Notes: generated by a model from the letters alone, not told the origin. Positions 31,391 through 42,290 are shown, counted from the first letter of the stretch. The stretch is 64,000 bases of DNA from Dehalococcoidia bacterium (GCA_965219875.1 CBDCOW010000001.1:604062-668061), one strand, 5' to 3'. A program made the numbers and translations.

Positions 31391-31852
31391 TCAAGCGTCC
31401 CCTGCACCGCGGACCGCCGTCGCCGGCATGCTTGCATGCCGCGACACCACCTGCCACCGGCCGCCCCGCTTGATCCACACGTCGGTCAAGAGGAACGTCA
31501 CCTGGTGAATATCGGGCCCGGTATCGCTCTGACTATGCTCTTCCACCGACCCTCCGTAGATCCGGGCCAGCAGATCGCCGGTTGTCTCCTCCGTGTACTG
31601 CCACACCACCACAGCCGCGTCGGGGAACACCCGTACCTGCATGTCGCCGTACTCGAAGGACTTCGGCGCGTAGCGGGCCATCGACCCATCGATCCACTCT
31701 CGCTTCGACTCTCGAAGTCCCTTGCCGGCGGTGGTGATGACGAAGTCATCGGCGACGAACCGGTCGAGGGCCGCTTCGTCGTGGCTAAGCCAAGCCTCGA
31801 TCCAGTCCGTTTGCATCTGGATGATGGTCTGCGCTGTGTCGGCCTGAGTCAT
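31391..31852 (-). CDS. DUF4440/NTF2-like protein
   Basis: ALDRFVADDF, TDVWIKRGGRWQVVSRH; true start is internal to the ORF-track call. Confidence 0.8.
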   Translation of the reverse strand: MTQADTAQTIIQMQTDWIEAWLSHDEAALDRFVADDFVITTAGKGLRESKREWIDGSMARYAPKSFEYGDMQVRVFPDAAVVVWQYTEETTGDLLARIYGGSVEEHSQSDTGPDIHQVTFLLTDVWIKRGGRWQVVSRHASMPATAVRGAGDA

Positions 31853-31866
31853 CGGCGAGCCTCTTG

Positions 31867-32670
31867 TTACGGCTGGTACACACCACTGATGCACAGGGTG
31901 CCCGCGTCCACCGGGAGCGACACGCCGGTGATCCACCTGGCCTCGTCGCTGGCGAGGAAGAGGGCCGCCCAAGCGATGTCCCAGGCTGTCCCCGGGGTCC
32001 CGAGGGGCGTCATCTGGGCGCGGGCCGCCATCGCCTCGTCGCTCAGGTCCAGGTTGACTGCCGCCATCGGCGTGTTGATCTGGCCGGGCAAGATACAGTT
32101 CACGCGGACGCCTTCCCGGGCGTGGGCCAGGGCCATGGACATCGTCAGACCGACGACGCCTATCTTCGATACCGAGTACGCCAGCGCTCCTGGAGGGCTC
32201 GCTCGCCACGCGGCCAGGGACGAGATGTTGACGATGGCGCCGCCGCCACCTTCGATCATCTTCGGGATCGCGTACTTGCTCGTGAGCATCATGCTCTTCA
32301 AATTCACGTCCATCGTCCGGTCCCAGGTCTCCTCACTGACCTCGACGGCGGTGCCCCATCCCGCGATTCCCACGTTGTTGACGAGGATGTCGAACCGTCC
32401 GAACCGACCGGCCGCGGCCTCGACCATGCGGCGGCAGCCGTCGCCGGAGCTCACGTCCGCCTCGAAGGTCGCCGCCTCGCCGCCCTCGTCGCGGATCATC
32501 GTCAGGGTCTCTTCGGCCCGCTCGGCGAGCTGGTCCACCAGAAGCACCCGAGCGCCCTCTCGGGCGAATAAGACAGCTATCGCCTTGCCGGTCCCGACAC
32601 CGGGACCGCTGGACCCGGCGCCGGTAACCAGGGCGACCTTTCCTTCCAGTCTTGGGCGACCCTGGTCCAT
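31867..32670 (-). CDS. SDR oxidoreductase
   Basis: TGAGSSGPGVGTG, NNVG, YSVSK. Confidence 0.92.
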   Translation of the reverse strand: MDQGRPRLEGKVALVTGAGSSGPGVGTGKAIAVLFAREGARVLLVDQLAERAEETLTMIRDEGGEAATFEADVSSGDGCRRMVEAAAGRFGRFDILVNNVGIAGWGTAVEVSEETWDRTMDVNLKSMMLTSKYAIPKMIEGGGGAIVNISSLAAWRASPPGALAYSVSKIGVVGLTMSMALAHAREGVRVNCILPGQINTPMAAVNLDLSDEAMAARAQMTPLGTPGTAWDIAWAALFLASDEARWITGVSLPVDAGTLCISGVYQP

Positions 32671-32860
32671 CCTGCTCCCGTCGTGACCTCGGGCTGAAGT
32701 TACCCGCACGCCACCCGGCTGTCAATTCCGGACAGCATGCTGGCCCCGCGTACGTTGACAGCGGCCAACGTGGAACCTAGCCTTGGGCCACCCCACCACG
32801 GGCTCCTTGTAGCGCCCTCTGGCCCGAGTTGGGATTGTCGCAAGGGAGAGGAGAACCGCT

Positions 32861-34168
32861 ATGGCCCAGAACGACACTCCTTGGGAGACAGACCTCTTCA
32901 AGGTCAGCCCGTTCAACTATGTACCGGAGGTGCGGGCGCAGTACAACTTTCGCGAGCCCATGGTCGTCCAGGACTTCACCTTCGCCAAGATGGATCACCT
33001 GGAGGCGACACGCCTGTACTCGCTCGAGGAGTACCAGGAGCTAGCGACGCTCATGGACGACATCGGCGTGAAGGAGACGGTCTTCATGACCTCTCACCAC
33101 GCCGGGACCCCCAAAGACGTGCGCGCCATGGAGGGGCTTCGGGCCGTCAGCAAGCTGGGCCTCAAGAACCTCAAGATACGAGTGTGGGGATGGTTCAACG
33201 CCTGGGATGCGGGAGAATACAAGGACCGAATCGACATGATGGCGGATACCGGAGCCCACTCCATGGGGCTGTCCGCTCTGCCGCCCCACATCCTCGACCA
33301 GTTTCGGCTGGCGAAGGCCGGGCCCGACTTCGACGAGCGCATTCGCGAGCTGCCGGACGCGATCGCCTACGCGAGAAAGAAGGGGCTCGACGTCTGCATC
33401 TCCTCCGCTCACGCCGGCCGGGTTGAGTTGCCGACGATCATCGAACGGGCCAACTTCTACATCGAGCAGGGAGCCACCAGCCTTCTCATGGCGGACTCAA
33501 AGGGCGTGGCGACGCCCGAGGCGACGAGATACTTCCTCACAAACGTCCGCGCGGGGCTGAAGGAAGACGTTCCGATCTACTACCACGTGCACGACAACTT
33601 TGGGACCGGGACCGCGCTCGCGCTCGCGGCCGCGACCGCGGGTGCCTGGCCGCAGGCGACGGTCAACGGGATCGCCGACCGGGGCTTCGCGGCGTTGGAA
33701 GAGGTCGTGATGTCGCTGGAGCTGCTCTACGGAGTCCGCACCGGCATCGACGTGAAAAAGCTGCAGCGGCTGTCGCGGACCATGGAGAGAATCATCGGGA
33801 TAAGCAATCCGCCGTACAAGGCCATCACGGGAGACTTCGTGAACATTCCAAGCCTGGTCCCCGGATACATTGGGGCGCTCCAGGGCAAGGGCTTTCTCGA
33901 GCTCGAACTCATGACCCCCTATGAGCTCGAGCTGGTCGGGCAGTACCCCCAGATGGTGATGACGTACAACATTCTCTGTAACGAGACGGTACAGGCCAAG
34001 CTGGAACAGATGGGTCTTCCCACCGGGCAGCGTGAGGTAGAGGAAGTCAAAGCAGCCCTCAGGCAACGGCTCGACGCCCAGGGCAACCTCTTTCCCGTGA
34101 TGCTCAACGACACGGAGGTCGAAGAGGTCTGCCGGGAACAGGTCGCGGCCATGGGCGCTGGGGCGTAG
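32861..34168 (+). CDS. Divergent DRE-TIM protein, paralogue B
   Basis: LMADSKG, HVHDNFG.GTA, VNGIAD.G.AALEEVV. Confidence 0.82.
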   Translation: MAQNDTPWETDLFKVSPFNYVPEVRAQYNFREPMVVQDFTFAKMDHLEATRLYSLEEYQELATLMDDIGVKETVFMTSHHAGTPKDVRAMEGLRAVSKLGLKNLKIRVWGWFNAWDAGEYKDRIDMMADTGAHSMGLSALPPHILDQFRLAKAGPDFDERIRELPDAIAYARKKGLDVCISSAHAGRVELPTIIERANFYIEQGATSLLMADSKGVATPEATRYFLTNVRAGLKEDVPIYYHVHDNFGTGTALALAAATAGAWPQATVNGIADRGFAALEEVVMSLELLYGVRTGIDVKKLQRLSRTMERIIGISNPPYKAITGDFVNIPSLVPGYIGALQGKGFLELELMTPYELELVGQYPQMVMTYNILCNETVQAKLEQMGLPTGQREVEEVKAALRQRLDAQGNLFPVMLNDTEVEEVCREQVAAMGAGA

Positions 34169-34413
34169 CCCCGTCGGCCCCACCGTGCTGCAGGCAATCT
34201 GCCCGTCGGCCTGGTCCGCTGACCTATCGTGCCCACCGTCGCGCGGTGTCCGACACGCAACAGAGTGCCAACTTGACAGGATAGAGAAGGAAACGTATAT
34301 TCTGCCGATTCACTTGAAGCCCGCCAGACTGCCATGATCCGGGGCTTTGCAGACGTATCGATCCGCCTGGCAGAGAAGCTGAAGAGAACGCCGTAGGGAC
34401 AAGGAGACGAGCC

Positions 34414-36222
34414 ATGCGATTCGGTCCCAAGATGTTGTTTGGTATCGTTGCGGGGCTCGCCGTCGTGGCCCTCGTGGTGGCCGCGTGCGGGGGGGCGCAA
34501 GGACCGCCCGGGCCGGCAGGGCCGGCAGGCGCTCAAGGCCCAGCGGGCGCCGAAGGCCCGGCGGGCGCCGAAGGCCCGGCGGGCGCTCAAGGCCCGGCGG
34601 CGGGTGTGGCTCCGGCTCCCACGGCCATGCCGGCGCCGACGGCCGCTCCCACGGCCATGCCGGCGCCGACGGCAACGCCCAGGCCGGCTCCGACGGCCGC
34701 TCCCACGGCCATGCCGGCGCCCTCGGGGAATGTCGCCATTGCCGTGCCTTCCTTCGGCAAGGAGAACCTGGACAAATCGCAGTCCGGCGGTCTCGAGCTG
34801 ATCTTCGTCGCAGCGCTGTTGGACTACTTCATCGGCGCTGATGAGACGGGCCAGCTTGACTTCAGTCTCGGCATCCTGGAAAGCCTCGAGACACCTGACG
34901 GCAAAGTCTATACGTTCAATCTCAAACCGGGTGCCAAGTGGCACGACGGCGAGACGATAGATGCCGCCGACGTGGTCTTTACCATGAGCCACTACAACAG
35001 GGAGGAGAGCTCTTGCGTCTCCTGTGGCTTGGTCAGAAGCGCCTTGGACCGGGTTGAGATCGTCGACGACACGACGGCCACGGTCCACCTCAAAGACACG
35101 AACATCTCGTTCATTCCCAGCCTCGGGGCCCTCGAGGGAGACCTGCTGCTGCTGCCGGAGCACCACTTCGCCAAGGTCGGAATCGAAGGTGGCTTCGAGG
35201 ACGATCCTCTAGGGAGCGGCCCCTTCAAGTTCGTGGACCGCAACATCGGTGAGTTCATCGAGTTCGAAGCCAATCTCGACTACTGGGATGCGGGCCGCGT
35301 GCCTTCCTTCGCCGGCCTTAGAATGGTCGTGGCCCCCGAAGCCAACACAAGGGTCGCGCTCATACGGAACGGGCAGGCGGACTTGGCGGAGGTGGACAAC
35401 GCGTCCGTGAACGGGCTGGCGGCGGACGGCTTCCGCATCAGCGGCCCCGACAGCGTGGGCTCCGCGATGCTCCAGTTCCTGCGGAGCTACGAGCCCGACC
35501 AACTGACGAACAAGCTGGACTTCCGGAAGGCCCTCATCCTCTCGGTGGACTGGGCGGCGATCTCCGGGGCGTTCTACGCGACTGGAGAAGAGGCTCGGCC
35601 GCTGGGCACGGCTCTCTTTACGCCGGTTGCTCTGGGCTATGACCCCTCGCTTCCGCCCTACGAGTTCGACCAGGACGAGGCGAGGAGACTCCTGGCCTCC
35701 TCAGGATACGCAGGTGAGACCGTGGTCCTCTGGAGTTGGGCGACCACCGGCAACCCATCTGGGCTGGACGTACCCCAGGCGGTTACCAGCGCCTGGCGGG
35801 ACATCGGCATCAACACGGAGATCATCCCCGTCGATCAGGGAGTCTTTATCTCCAAGGTCCGGGCGGACCCACAGGACTTCGATGCCGAAGTGTCTGTGAC
35901 CCTCGTGTCGCCGTCCTCCAGGCCGTCGATGCTCACCAACATCCGCATCTTCATGAACGGTCGTGAGGCGGGTGGCCTGGTAGAGGGCTTCTACGACAAG
36001 GAATTCATCAACAGCGCCTACGGCGAACTGATCGCTATCACGGACATTAACGAACGCGAGCAGCGACTACGGGCGCTTAACCGACAACTGCATGAGACGT
36101 ATTGGGCTGCTCCTATCTCGATACGCATTGTGCCGTACGCGGTGGGCGAGCGGATCGACAGTTGGACGCCTGGCCCTGGGGCGCCCACGAACCTTCGCCT
36201 GGAGACCATTACCCTCAAGTAA
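34414..36222 (+). CDS. Family 5 ABC solute-binding lipoprotein with collagen-like and Pro/Thr/Ala linker
   Basis: Lipobox VVAAC; (Gly-X-Y)12; KWHDG..AADVVFT; GSGPFKF. Confidence 0.9.
   Translation: MRFGPKMLFGIVAGLAVVALVVAACGGAQGPPGPAGPAGAQGPAGAEGPAGAEGPAGAQGPAAGVAPAPTAMPAPTAAPTAMPAPTATPRPAPTAAPTAMPAPSGNVAIAVPSFGKENLDKSQSGGLELIFVAALLDYFIGADETGQLDFSLGILESLETPDGKVYTFNLKPGAKWHDGETIDAADVVFTMSHYNREESSCVSCGLVRSALDRVEIVDDTTATVHLKDTNISFIPSLGALEGDLLLLPEHHFAKVGIEGGFEDDPLGSGPFKFVDRNIGEFIEFEANLDYWDAGRVPSFAGLRMVVAPEANTRVALIRNGQADLAEVDNASVNGLAADGFRISGPDSVGSAMLQFLRSYEPDQLTNKLDFRKALILSVDWAAISGAFYATGEEARPLGTALFTPVALGYDPSLPPYEFDQDEARRLLASSGYAGETVVLWSWATTGNPSGLDVPQAVTSAWRDIGINTEIIPVDQGVFISKVRADPQDFDAEVSVTLVSPSSRPSMLTNIRIFMNGREAGGLVEGFYDKEFINSAYGELIAITDINEREQRLRALNRQLHETYWAAPISIRIVPYAVGERIDSWTPGPGAPTNLRLETITLK
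34492..34725 (+). repeat. Coding tandem repeats (collagen-like triplets; APTAMPAP units)
   Basis: GGCCCGGCGGGCGCCGAA and GCTCCCACGGCCATGCCGGCGCC units repeated. Confidence 0.88.
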
Positions 36223-36366
36223 CCCTGCCCCGCGAGGCAGTGGGCGAACGTTGACTGCGTGCTGAGACGGAGCTTAGTCTGGGCAGCGCCCGCTACGGGC
36301 GCTGCCCAGTAACGTTACAGGCCCGGGTGCTTCGGTCTCGCTTGTCCGTCGCGCCCGGAAGGAGGA

Positions 36367-38076
36367 GTGTGCTCCGTGGTCCAAATGCGGGCCGGTGAAG
36401 CGGTCGTCGAAGCCCTGCGCGCCGAAGGAGTGACCCATGCATTCGGGGTCGTCGGCTCGAGCTACATCGAGGTGCTCGACGCGCTGTACGGTCGTTCTGA
36501 CATCGACTTCATCGGTACCCGGCACGAGCAGGGGGCCTCATTCATGGCCCTTGGCTATGCCCGAGCCACCGGGCGTCCCGGCGTCTGTATGGCTACCAAT
36601 GGGCCGGGGGCCGTCAACCTCGTTACGGGTATCGCGGGCGCTCACTTAGCGCCCGCGCCGGTGATCGCGGTTACCGGGGCCGTCATGGTCGAGCATATTG
36701 GCCGTGGCGCCATCCAGGAGATCGATCAGGTAGCGCTGCTGCGACCCATCACCAAGGCCGCCATACAGCTAAGCAAGGCGGAACGCATCCCAGAGGTCTT
36801 CCGGCGGGCCTTCAGCATCGCGATGTCTGGAAGAAAAGGCCCCGTGCTCGTCGACCTCCCTCGCGACCTCCTGAACCCGCAGGCGCTCGAAGTCGACCTC
36901 TGGCCCCCCGAGCGTTACCGGCCGTCGCAGCGGATAGCCCCGGAGCCGGAGCTCGTGCGACAGGCCGTCGAGGTCCTGTCGCGGGCCCAATTCCCCGTCC
37001 TCGTCGCAGGGGGCGGCGTTATCGAGGCCGACTGCGCGGCCGACACGGTCCGCCTCGCCGAAATGCTCTCGATGCCCATGACGACGTCCTACGCCAGGGG
37101 CGACGCCGTCCCGAACGACCACCCGCTCTACATTGGCCCGCTGGGCCGGGGCGGCGCCGAAGAGGCCTTTGAGACAGTCCGCAAGGCGGACGCAATCCTG
37201 GCCCTCGGGACCCGGCTCGGACATTTCACGATGTGGCTCGACAATCGATATGTCCCGGCGGACGCGAAGATCGTGCAGGTAGAGCTCGATAGCAACGAGA
37301 TCGGCCGGCACTATCCCGTGAGTGTAGGCCTGCTTGCCGACGCCGGCGTGGCGGCCCGCATGATGGTGAAGGCTCTCGAGGCGGGACCCCAAGAGTTCCC
37401 CGGGACCGAGCAGCGGTTGTCCTGGGCGGGCGACATGCGGGCGGCGCGAGCCCAGCGGCTGGAACGGGCCTTCGACCTCCCCGACACTCCCATCAACCCG
37501 CAGCGGGTCTACGCCGAACTCCGGAGCTGGCTGCCTAAGGAAACGATCGTGGTGCTCGACGCCGGCACCAACTCTCACTACGGCTATGACGGCCTCAACT
37601 TCAACGAAACAAGGACCCAGATCACGCCGGCGGATTTCGCCTGCGTCGGCTCCGGCTACCCGTCGGCCCTGGGGGCCAAGGTAGGCTGTCCTGATAGGCC
37701 CGTGCTGTCTATCAACGGCGACGGGGGCTTCTTCATGAACATACAGGAGCTCGAGACCGCGGTGCGCCACGACATCGGGGTGGTGGCGGTGGTGATGAAC
37801 AACAACAGCTGGGGCGCGGAGAAGGCGTATCAGAAGTTCCTCTATGACGAGCGTTACCTGGAAGCCGATATCGGCAATCCTCGGTTCGACAAAGTCGCGG
37901 AGCTTTGCGGCGCGCGTGGGATGTACGTCGATCGACCTCAAGACATCACCCCGGCCATCCGCGAGGCCCTCGATTCGGGGAAGCCAACGGTAATAGAGAT
38001 CCCCGTGGACCCCGATGAGCTCTCCTACCCCGTCCGAGCTGGGGATGTGCTCAAGGACCGCGCTGCCAACCGCTAG
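36367..38076 (+). CDS. ThDP-dependent enzyme, sulfoacetaldehyde acetyltransferase (Xsc)-like
   Basis: GVVGS, RHEQGA, NGPG, GDGG..NN..WGAEK. Confidence 0.85.
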   Translation: MCSVVQMRAGEAVVEALRAEGVTHAFGVVGSSYIEVLDALYGRSDIDFIGTRHEQGASFMALGYARATGRPGVCMATNGPGAVNLVTGIAGAHLAPAPVIAVTGAVMVEHIGRGAIQEIDQVALLRPITKAAIQLSKAERIPEVFRRAFSIAMSGRKGPVLVDLPRDLLNPQALEVDLWPPERYRPSQRIAPEPELVRQAVEVLSRAQFPVLVAGGGVIEADCAADTVRLAEMLSMPMTTSYARGDAVPNDHPLYIGPLGRGGAEEAFETVRKADAILALGTRLGHFTMWLDNRYVPADAKIVQVELDSNEIGRHYPVSVGLLADAGVAARMMVKALEAGPQEFPGTEQRLSWAGDMRAARAQRLERAFDLPDTPINPQRVYAELRSWLPKETIVVLDAGTNSHYGYDGLNFNETRTQITPADFACVGSGYPSALGAKVGCPDRPVLSINGDGGFFMNIQELETAVRHDIGVVAVVMNNNSWGAEKAYQKFLYDERYLEADIGNPRFDKVAELCGARGMYVDRPQDITPAIREALDSGKPTVIEIPVDPDELSYPVRAGDVLKDRAANR

Positions 38077-38119
38077 AGACGAGACCCGACCAAACAGCTC
38101 GTCTTTGACGAGAGAGCCG

Positions 38120-39790
38120 ATGACGCTGGACAAGAGCCTCGATCCGATTGGGTTCTCCATCATTTGGGGCCGTCTCGTCTCGATCGTAGACGAGGCCGCG
38201 CTCACCCTGGGGCGCACCGCATTCTCTCCGCTGATCACCGAATCGAACGATTTCGGCGTGGTGTTGCTCGATACCGACGGATACGCCGTGGCACAGAGCT
38301 CGTTCAGCATCCCGCCCTTCCTCGGGACGATTCCCGAGGCGGTCCGGAGCATCCTCAAGAAGTTCCCTCAGGAGACCTGGGTGGAAGGCGACGCCGCCCT
38401 GACCAACGACCCGTGGTACGCCGGAGGCCACCTGCTGGACATTACCCTCCTAACCCCCATCTTCTACGAGGGTCGGCTGGTGGCCTTCACCGGCAGCACC
38501 GCCCACTGGGCGGACATCGGCGGGACGGGCTTCAGCACCGATACCAATGACCTGTTCGAGGAGGGCCTGCTGATACCTCCCTCCAAGCTCTACCGGGGCG
38601 GCCACGTGGAGCAAGACTTGTTGGACCTGATCCTGCAGAACACCCGCGTGCCCGACAAGGTATTCGGGGACCTCAATGCCCAGATCGACGCCGGCACGGT
38701 CTGCGAACGTCGACTGGGCGACCTTCTGCGGGAGCACGACCTGTCCGACCTCGGCACGCTGGCCGCCTCTATTCACGATGTCGGAGAGCAGGCGATGCGG
38801 CGGCGCATCGCCGAGCTTCCCGACGGCCGGTATTGCCACGAGATCAACATAGATGGGCTCGGCTACGCGATCACGATCAGCGCGGCGATCGATGTCAAGG
38901 GCGACGAGATGGAGATCGACCTCGCCGGTACCACATCGCAGCTGCCGGGCGCGGTGAACTGCCCACCCGGGTACACCAAGGCGTTACTGTTCCACGCGCT
39001 CAAGTGCGTTCTCGACCCCACGACACCGAACAATGACGGCTGCCATCGGCCGATCACGGTGCACGCGCCGGTGGGGACCGTGGTCAATCCCCGGCCCCCG
39101 GCGGCGGTGAACGGAAGGCATCTCGTGGGACACATGATGTCGCGCGTCGTCTACGGCGCGCTGAAGCACGTATTCCCCGAGCACGTGATCGCCGACTGCG
39201 GCAGCATGCCGACGGTGGCCGCCAAGTTCAACAGCGTGGCAGCGAGCCAACACCCCTTCTCGTTCATCTTCATGGCGAATGGGGGCATGGGCGCTCGCGC
39301 CGCGAAGGACGGGCTCGCGTGTGCTCCCTTTCCGACAAACCCGAGCTGTGGCTCGGTGGAGATCATGGAGACAGACGTGCCGCTTCGAGTCCTCCGCAAG
39401 GAGATCTCGGCAGACTCGGGTGGCGCCGGGAGGTTCCGGGGCGGTCTGGGTCAGGAAGTGGAGATTGAGATCACGGGCACGGAACCTGTCGTCCTCTCGC
39501 TGTTCCTCGGCGGAGCGGTGTCGCCGCCGCACGGCTTCTTCGGAGGCGGCGATGGGACGTGCAACACCGCATCGCTCAACGGAGGCGGCCCACTGAACGC
39601 AGCCGAGCGGGTGCGGCTGCAACCCGGAGACAGGATCACCCTCAACTACGGCGGCGGCGGCGGCCAGGGGGCGCCGGAGGACCGTGACCCTGAGCTTGTG
39701 TGCGACGACCTCCGCAAAGGCTTCATTACAGCCCGCGCGGCGAAGGAAGTCTACGGGCTCGAGGCTTCCGGGGTGGCGGATGGCGCTTAG
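38120..39790 (+). CDS. Hydantoinase B/oxoprolinase subunit
   Basis: RTAFS, NDPW..GGHLLD, HWADIGG, DSGGAGRFRGGLG. Confidence 0.93.
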   Translation: MTLDKSLDPIGFSIIWGRLVSIVDEAALTLGRTAFSPLITESNDFGVVLLDTDGYAVAQSSFSIPPFLGTIPEAVRSILKKFPQETWVEGDAALTNDPWYAGGHLLDITLLTPIFYEGRLVAFTGSTAHWADIGGTGFSTDTNDLFEEGLLIPPSKLYRGGHVEQDLLDLILQNTRVPDKVFGDLNAQIDAGTVCERRLGDLLREHDLSDLGTLAASIHDVGEQAMRRRIAELPDGRYCHEINIDGLGYAITISAAIDVKGDEMEIDLAGTTSQLPGAVNCPPGYTKALLFHALKCVLDPTTPNNDGCHRPITVHAPVGTVVNPRPPAAVNGRHLVGHMMSRVVYGALKHVFPEHVIADCGSMPTVAAKFNSVAASQHPFSFIFMANGGMGARAAKDGLACAPFPTNPSCGSVEIMETDVPLRVLRKEISADSGGAGRFRGGLGQEVEIEITGTEPVVLSLFLGGAVSPPHGFFGGGDGTCNTASLNGGGPLNAAERVRLQPGDRITLNYGGGGGQGAPEDRDPELVCDDLRKGFITARAAKEVYGLEASGVADGA

Positions 39791-41882
39791 GGTCGGCGTC
39801 GATATTGGCGGCACCTTCACCGACTTTGTGCTCATCGACGACGTCTCCGGCGCCGTGCGCCAGAGCAAGGCCCTCACAACCTACCCGGATCCCAGCGAGG
39901 GCGTCACTGAAGGGCTGGGCAATCTGCTCGATAGCAACGGCACCGAGCCCCGGCGGCTCAAGGGCCTCGTCCATGGCACCACGCTGGTCGCCAATGCCAT
40001 GATCCAGCGGCGCGGCTCACGGACGGCGTTGCTGACGACCCAGGGCTACGGCGATGTGCTGGAGATCGGCCGGGAGCTCAAATACGACCTCTACGACCTC
40101 GACCAGGAGCGCCCGGAACCGCTTGTCCCCCGTTTCTGGAGGCGTCAGATAGATGAGCGCATCGGCGCTGACGGCTCAGTAGTGCGTCCCTTGGCGCTGG
40201 ACGGCCTGGCCTCCATCGCCCGCGAGTTGGAGGGGGATGAGATCGAGTCCGTCGCGGTGTCCATGATTCACGCCTACCTCAACCCCGACCACGAGCGCCG
40301 GGTGCGTGCTTGGCTCGAGGAGCACTACCCTGGTTGGACGGTGAGCATCTCCTCCGAGGTTGCTCCAGAGATTCGCGAGCTCGAACGGACGTCGACCACC
40401 GTGGCCAACGCCTACGTGCAGCCCTTGGTGGAGCAGTACCTGGAGAAGTTGGAGCGCGAGTTCCGTGGGGTCGGCTTCGCCGGATCGTTCCATCTCATGC
40501 TGTCGTCGGGCGGGGTCGGCTCTCCGGAAACCGCGCGGAGGCTGCCGATATGGCTCATCGAGTCCGGCGCCGCGGCGGGCGCCATGGCCGCGGGCTTCTA
40601 CGCGCGGACAGCGGAGATTCCGAGGGTGCTGTCGTTCGACATGGGCGGCACCACCGCGAAGATCTGCCTGGTCGACGACGGCGAGCCGATGCGCACGAAC
40701 GAGATCGAAAGCGCCCGCATCGCCCGATTCAAGAGGTTCAGCGGCATTCCCCTCAGGATGCCGGCGCTGGAACTGATCGAGATCGGGGCCGGTGGCGGCA
40801 GCATCGCCAACGTCGACCCGATGGGGCTCCTCCGCGTCGGCCCGCTCAGCGCGGGGGCGGACCCCGGCCCGGCATGCTACGGGCGGGGCGGCGACCGACC
40901 CACCGTTACGGACGCCGATCTTCTGCTCGGCTATCTCAACCCCGACCACTTTCTGGACGGAGCGATGACCCTCGATATGAGCGCGGCCGAACGGGCCATC
41001 GAAGAGCACGTTGCCGACCCGCTCGGACTCGACGTCACCGAGGCCGCGATCGGTATCAGCCAAGTCGTGAACGACAACATGGCCACGGCATCGCGCATGC
41101 ACGTCATCGAAAAGGGTCGTGACCCGCGTCTCTACACACTGGTCGTCTTCGGGGGCGCCGGACCGGTGCACGGGTACGAGATCGCTCGCATGCTGCACGC
41201 GCAACGGGTCGTGTACCTTTTGAACGCGGGGGTGGCCTCGGCCATGGGCCTCCTCATGGCTCCATTCTCGATGGACCTCGTGGGGACTCATTTCTCCGAG
41301 ATCGAGGCCTTGGACTGGGCGGAAGTCAAGGGACTGTACTCCCGGTTCGAGAGGGAGGCGACGGCGACCCTGGTCGAGGCCGGCGCCGACGTCGCGACCA
41401 TCCACATGCGGCGCACCGCCGACATGCGCTACGCGGGGCAGGCGCGCGAGGTCTCCGTCGAAATTCCTCAAGTCGACTTCGGCCCGGACATGACCGGCGC
41501 CCTGCGAGACGCATTCTTCAACGCGTACCGGAACCTCTACGGACGGCACCTGACCAACGTCGCGGTCGAGGCTGTGAACTGGCGCCTTCACGCGGTCGCA
41601 CCTCCGAGCCCGTTCAAACTGGAGCCGGCGTCCGCCGACGGGTCCCAGCGGGCCGGCCCCGCCGAATCGCGCCGCGCCTACTTTCAGGAATTGGGGGCCT
41701 TCGTGGACTGCCCCACCTACGACGCCGTGGACTTGACCCCCGACAGCGTCATCGCGGGCCCGGCGATCGTCGAGCAGCCCGGCTCCACCATCGTCATCGG
41801 CCCATCGGGCACGGGCCGGGTCGATCGATACCTGAACCTTGTTGTTGAGCTCAGCCACGCCGGAAGCACGCGGAAGGAGTAA
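39780..41882 (+). CDS. Hydantoinase A/oxoprolinase subunit
   Basis: GVDIGGTFTD, HGTT, DMGGTT, SAGADPGPACYG. Confidence 0.94.
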   Translation: MALRVGVDIGGTFTDFVLIDDVSGAVRQSKALTTYPDPSEGVTEGLGNLLDSNGTEPRRLKGLVHGTTLVANAMIQRRGSRTALLTTQGYGDVLEIGRELKYDLYDLDQERPEPLVPRFWRRQIDERIGADGSVVRPLALDGLASIARELEGDEIESVAVSMIHAYLNPDHERRVRAWLEEHYPGWTVSISSEVAPEIRELERTSTTVANAYVQPLVEQYLEKLEREFRGVGFAGSFHLMLSSGGVGSPETARRLPIWLIESGAAAGAMAAGFYARTAEIPRVLSFDMGGTTAKICLVDDGEPMRTNEIESARIARFKRFSGIPLRMPALELIEIGAGGGSIANVDPMGLLRVGPLSAGADPGPACYGRGGDRPTVTDADLLLGYLNPDHFLDGAMTLDMSAAERAIEEHVADPLGLDVTEAAIGISQVVNDNMATASRMHVIEKGRDPRLYTLVVFGGAGPVHGYEIARMLHAQRVVYLLNAGVASAMGLLMAPFSMDLVGTHFSEIEALDWAEVKGLYSRFEREATATLVEAGADVATIHMRRTADMRYAGQAREVSVEIPQVDFGPDMTGALRDAFFNAYRNLYGRHLTNVAVEAVNWRLHAVAPPSPFKLEPASADGSQRAGPAESRRAYFQELGAFVDCPTYDAVDLTPDSVIAGPAIVEQPGSTIVIGPSGTGRVDRYLNLVVELSHAGSTRKE

Positions 41883-41891
41883 GAGAGAGAG

Positions 41892-42290
41892 ATGGAAAAA
41901 GAGGTCATCTTCACCAAAGGCGCGGCCGTTCCGATCTTCAAGATCGCGCACGCGGTCCGTTGGGGCGACCTGGTCTTCACCTCGGGCCACGTCCCGCGAA
42001 ACCCCGAAGACGGCGTCTTCGTGGGCGGCGATATTCAGAACCAGACCCGGCGAGTGTTCAAGACCCTTGCCTCGGTGCTCGAAGCGAGCGATAGCAGCTT
42101 GGACAACGTCATCAAAGCGACGGTATACCTGCGTCACATCGAAGACCGTCTCGGGTTCAACGAGGTGTGGCACGAGCACTATTCCGACGCGGCGAACTGT
42201 CCGGCACGCACCACGATCAAAGCGGGGGACCTGGCGCCTGGGGTGGGGGACATCGAGATCGAGGTCATCGCCCACGTCAACCAGGCGTAG
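41892..42290 (+). CDS. RidA/YjgF family protein
   Basis: VFTSG, QTRRVF, PARTT, IEIE. Confidence 0.9.
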   Translation: MEKEVIFTKGAAVPIFKIAHAVRWGDLVFTSGHVPRNPEDGVFVGGDIQNQTRRVFKTLASVLEASDSSLDNVIKATVYLRHIEDRLGFNEVWHEHYSDAANCPARTTIKAGDLAPGVGDIEIEVIAHVNQA

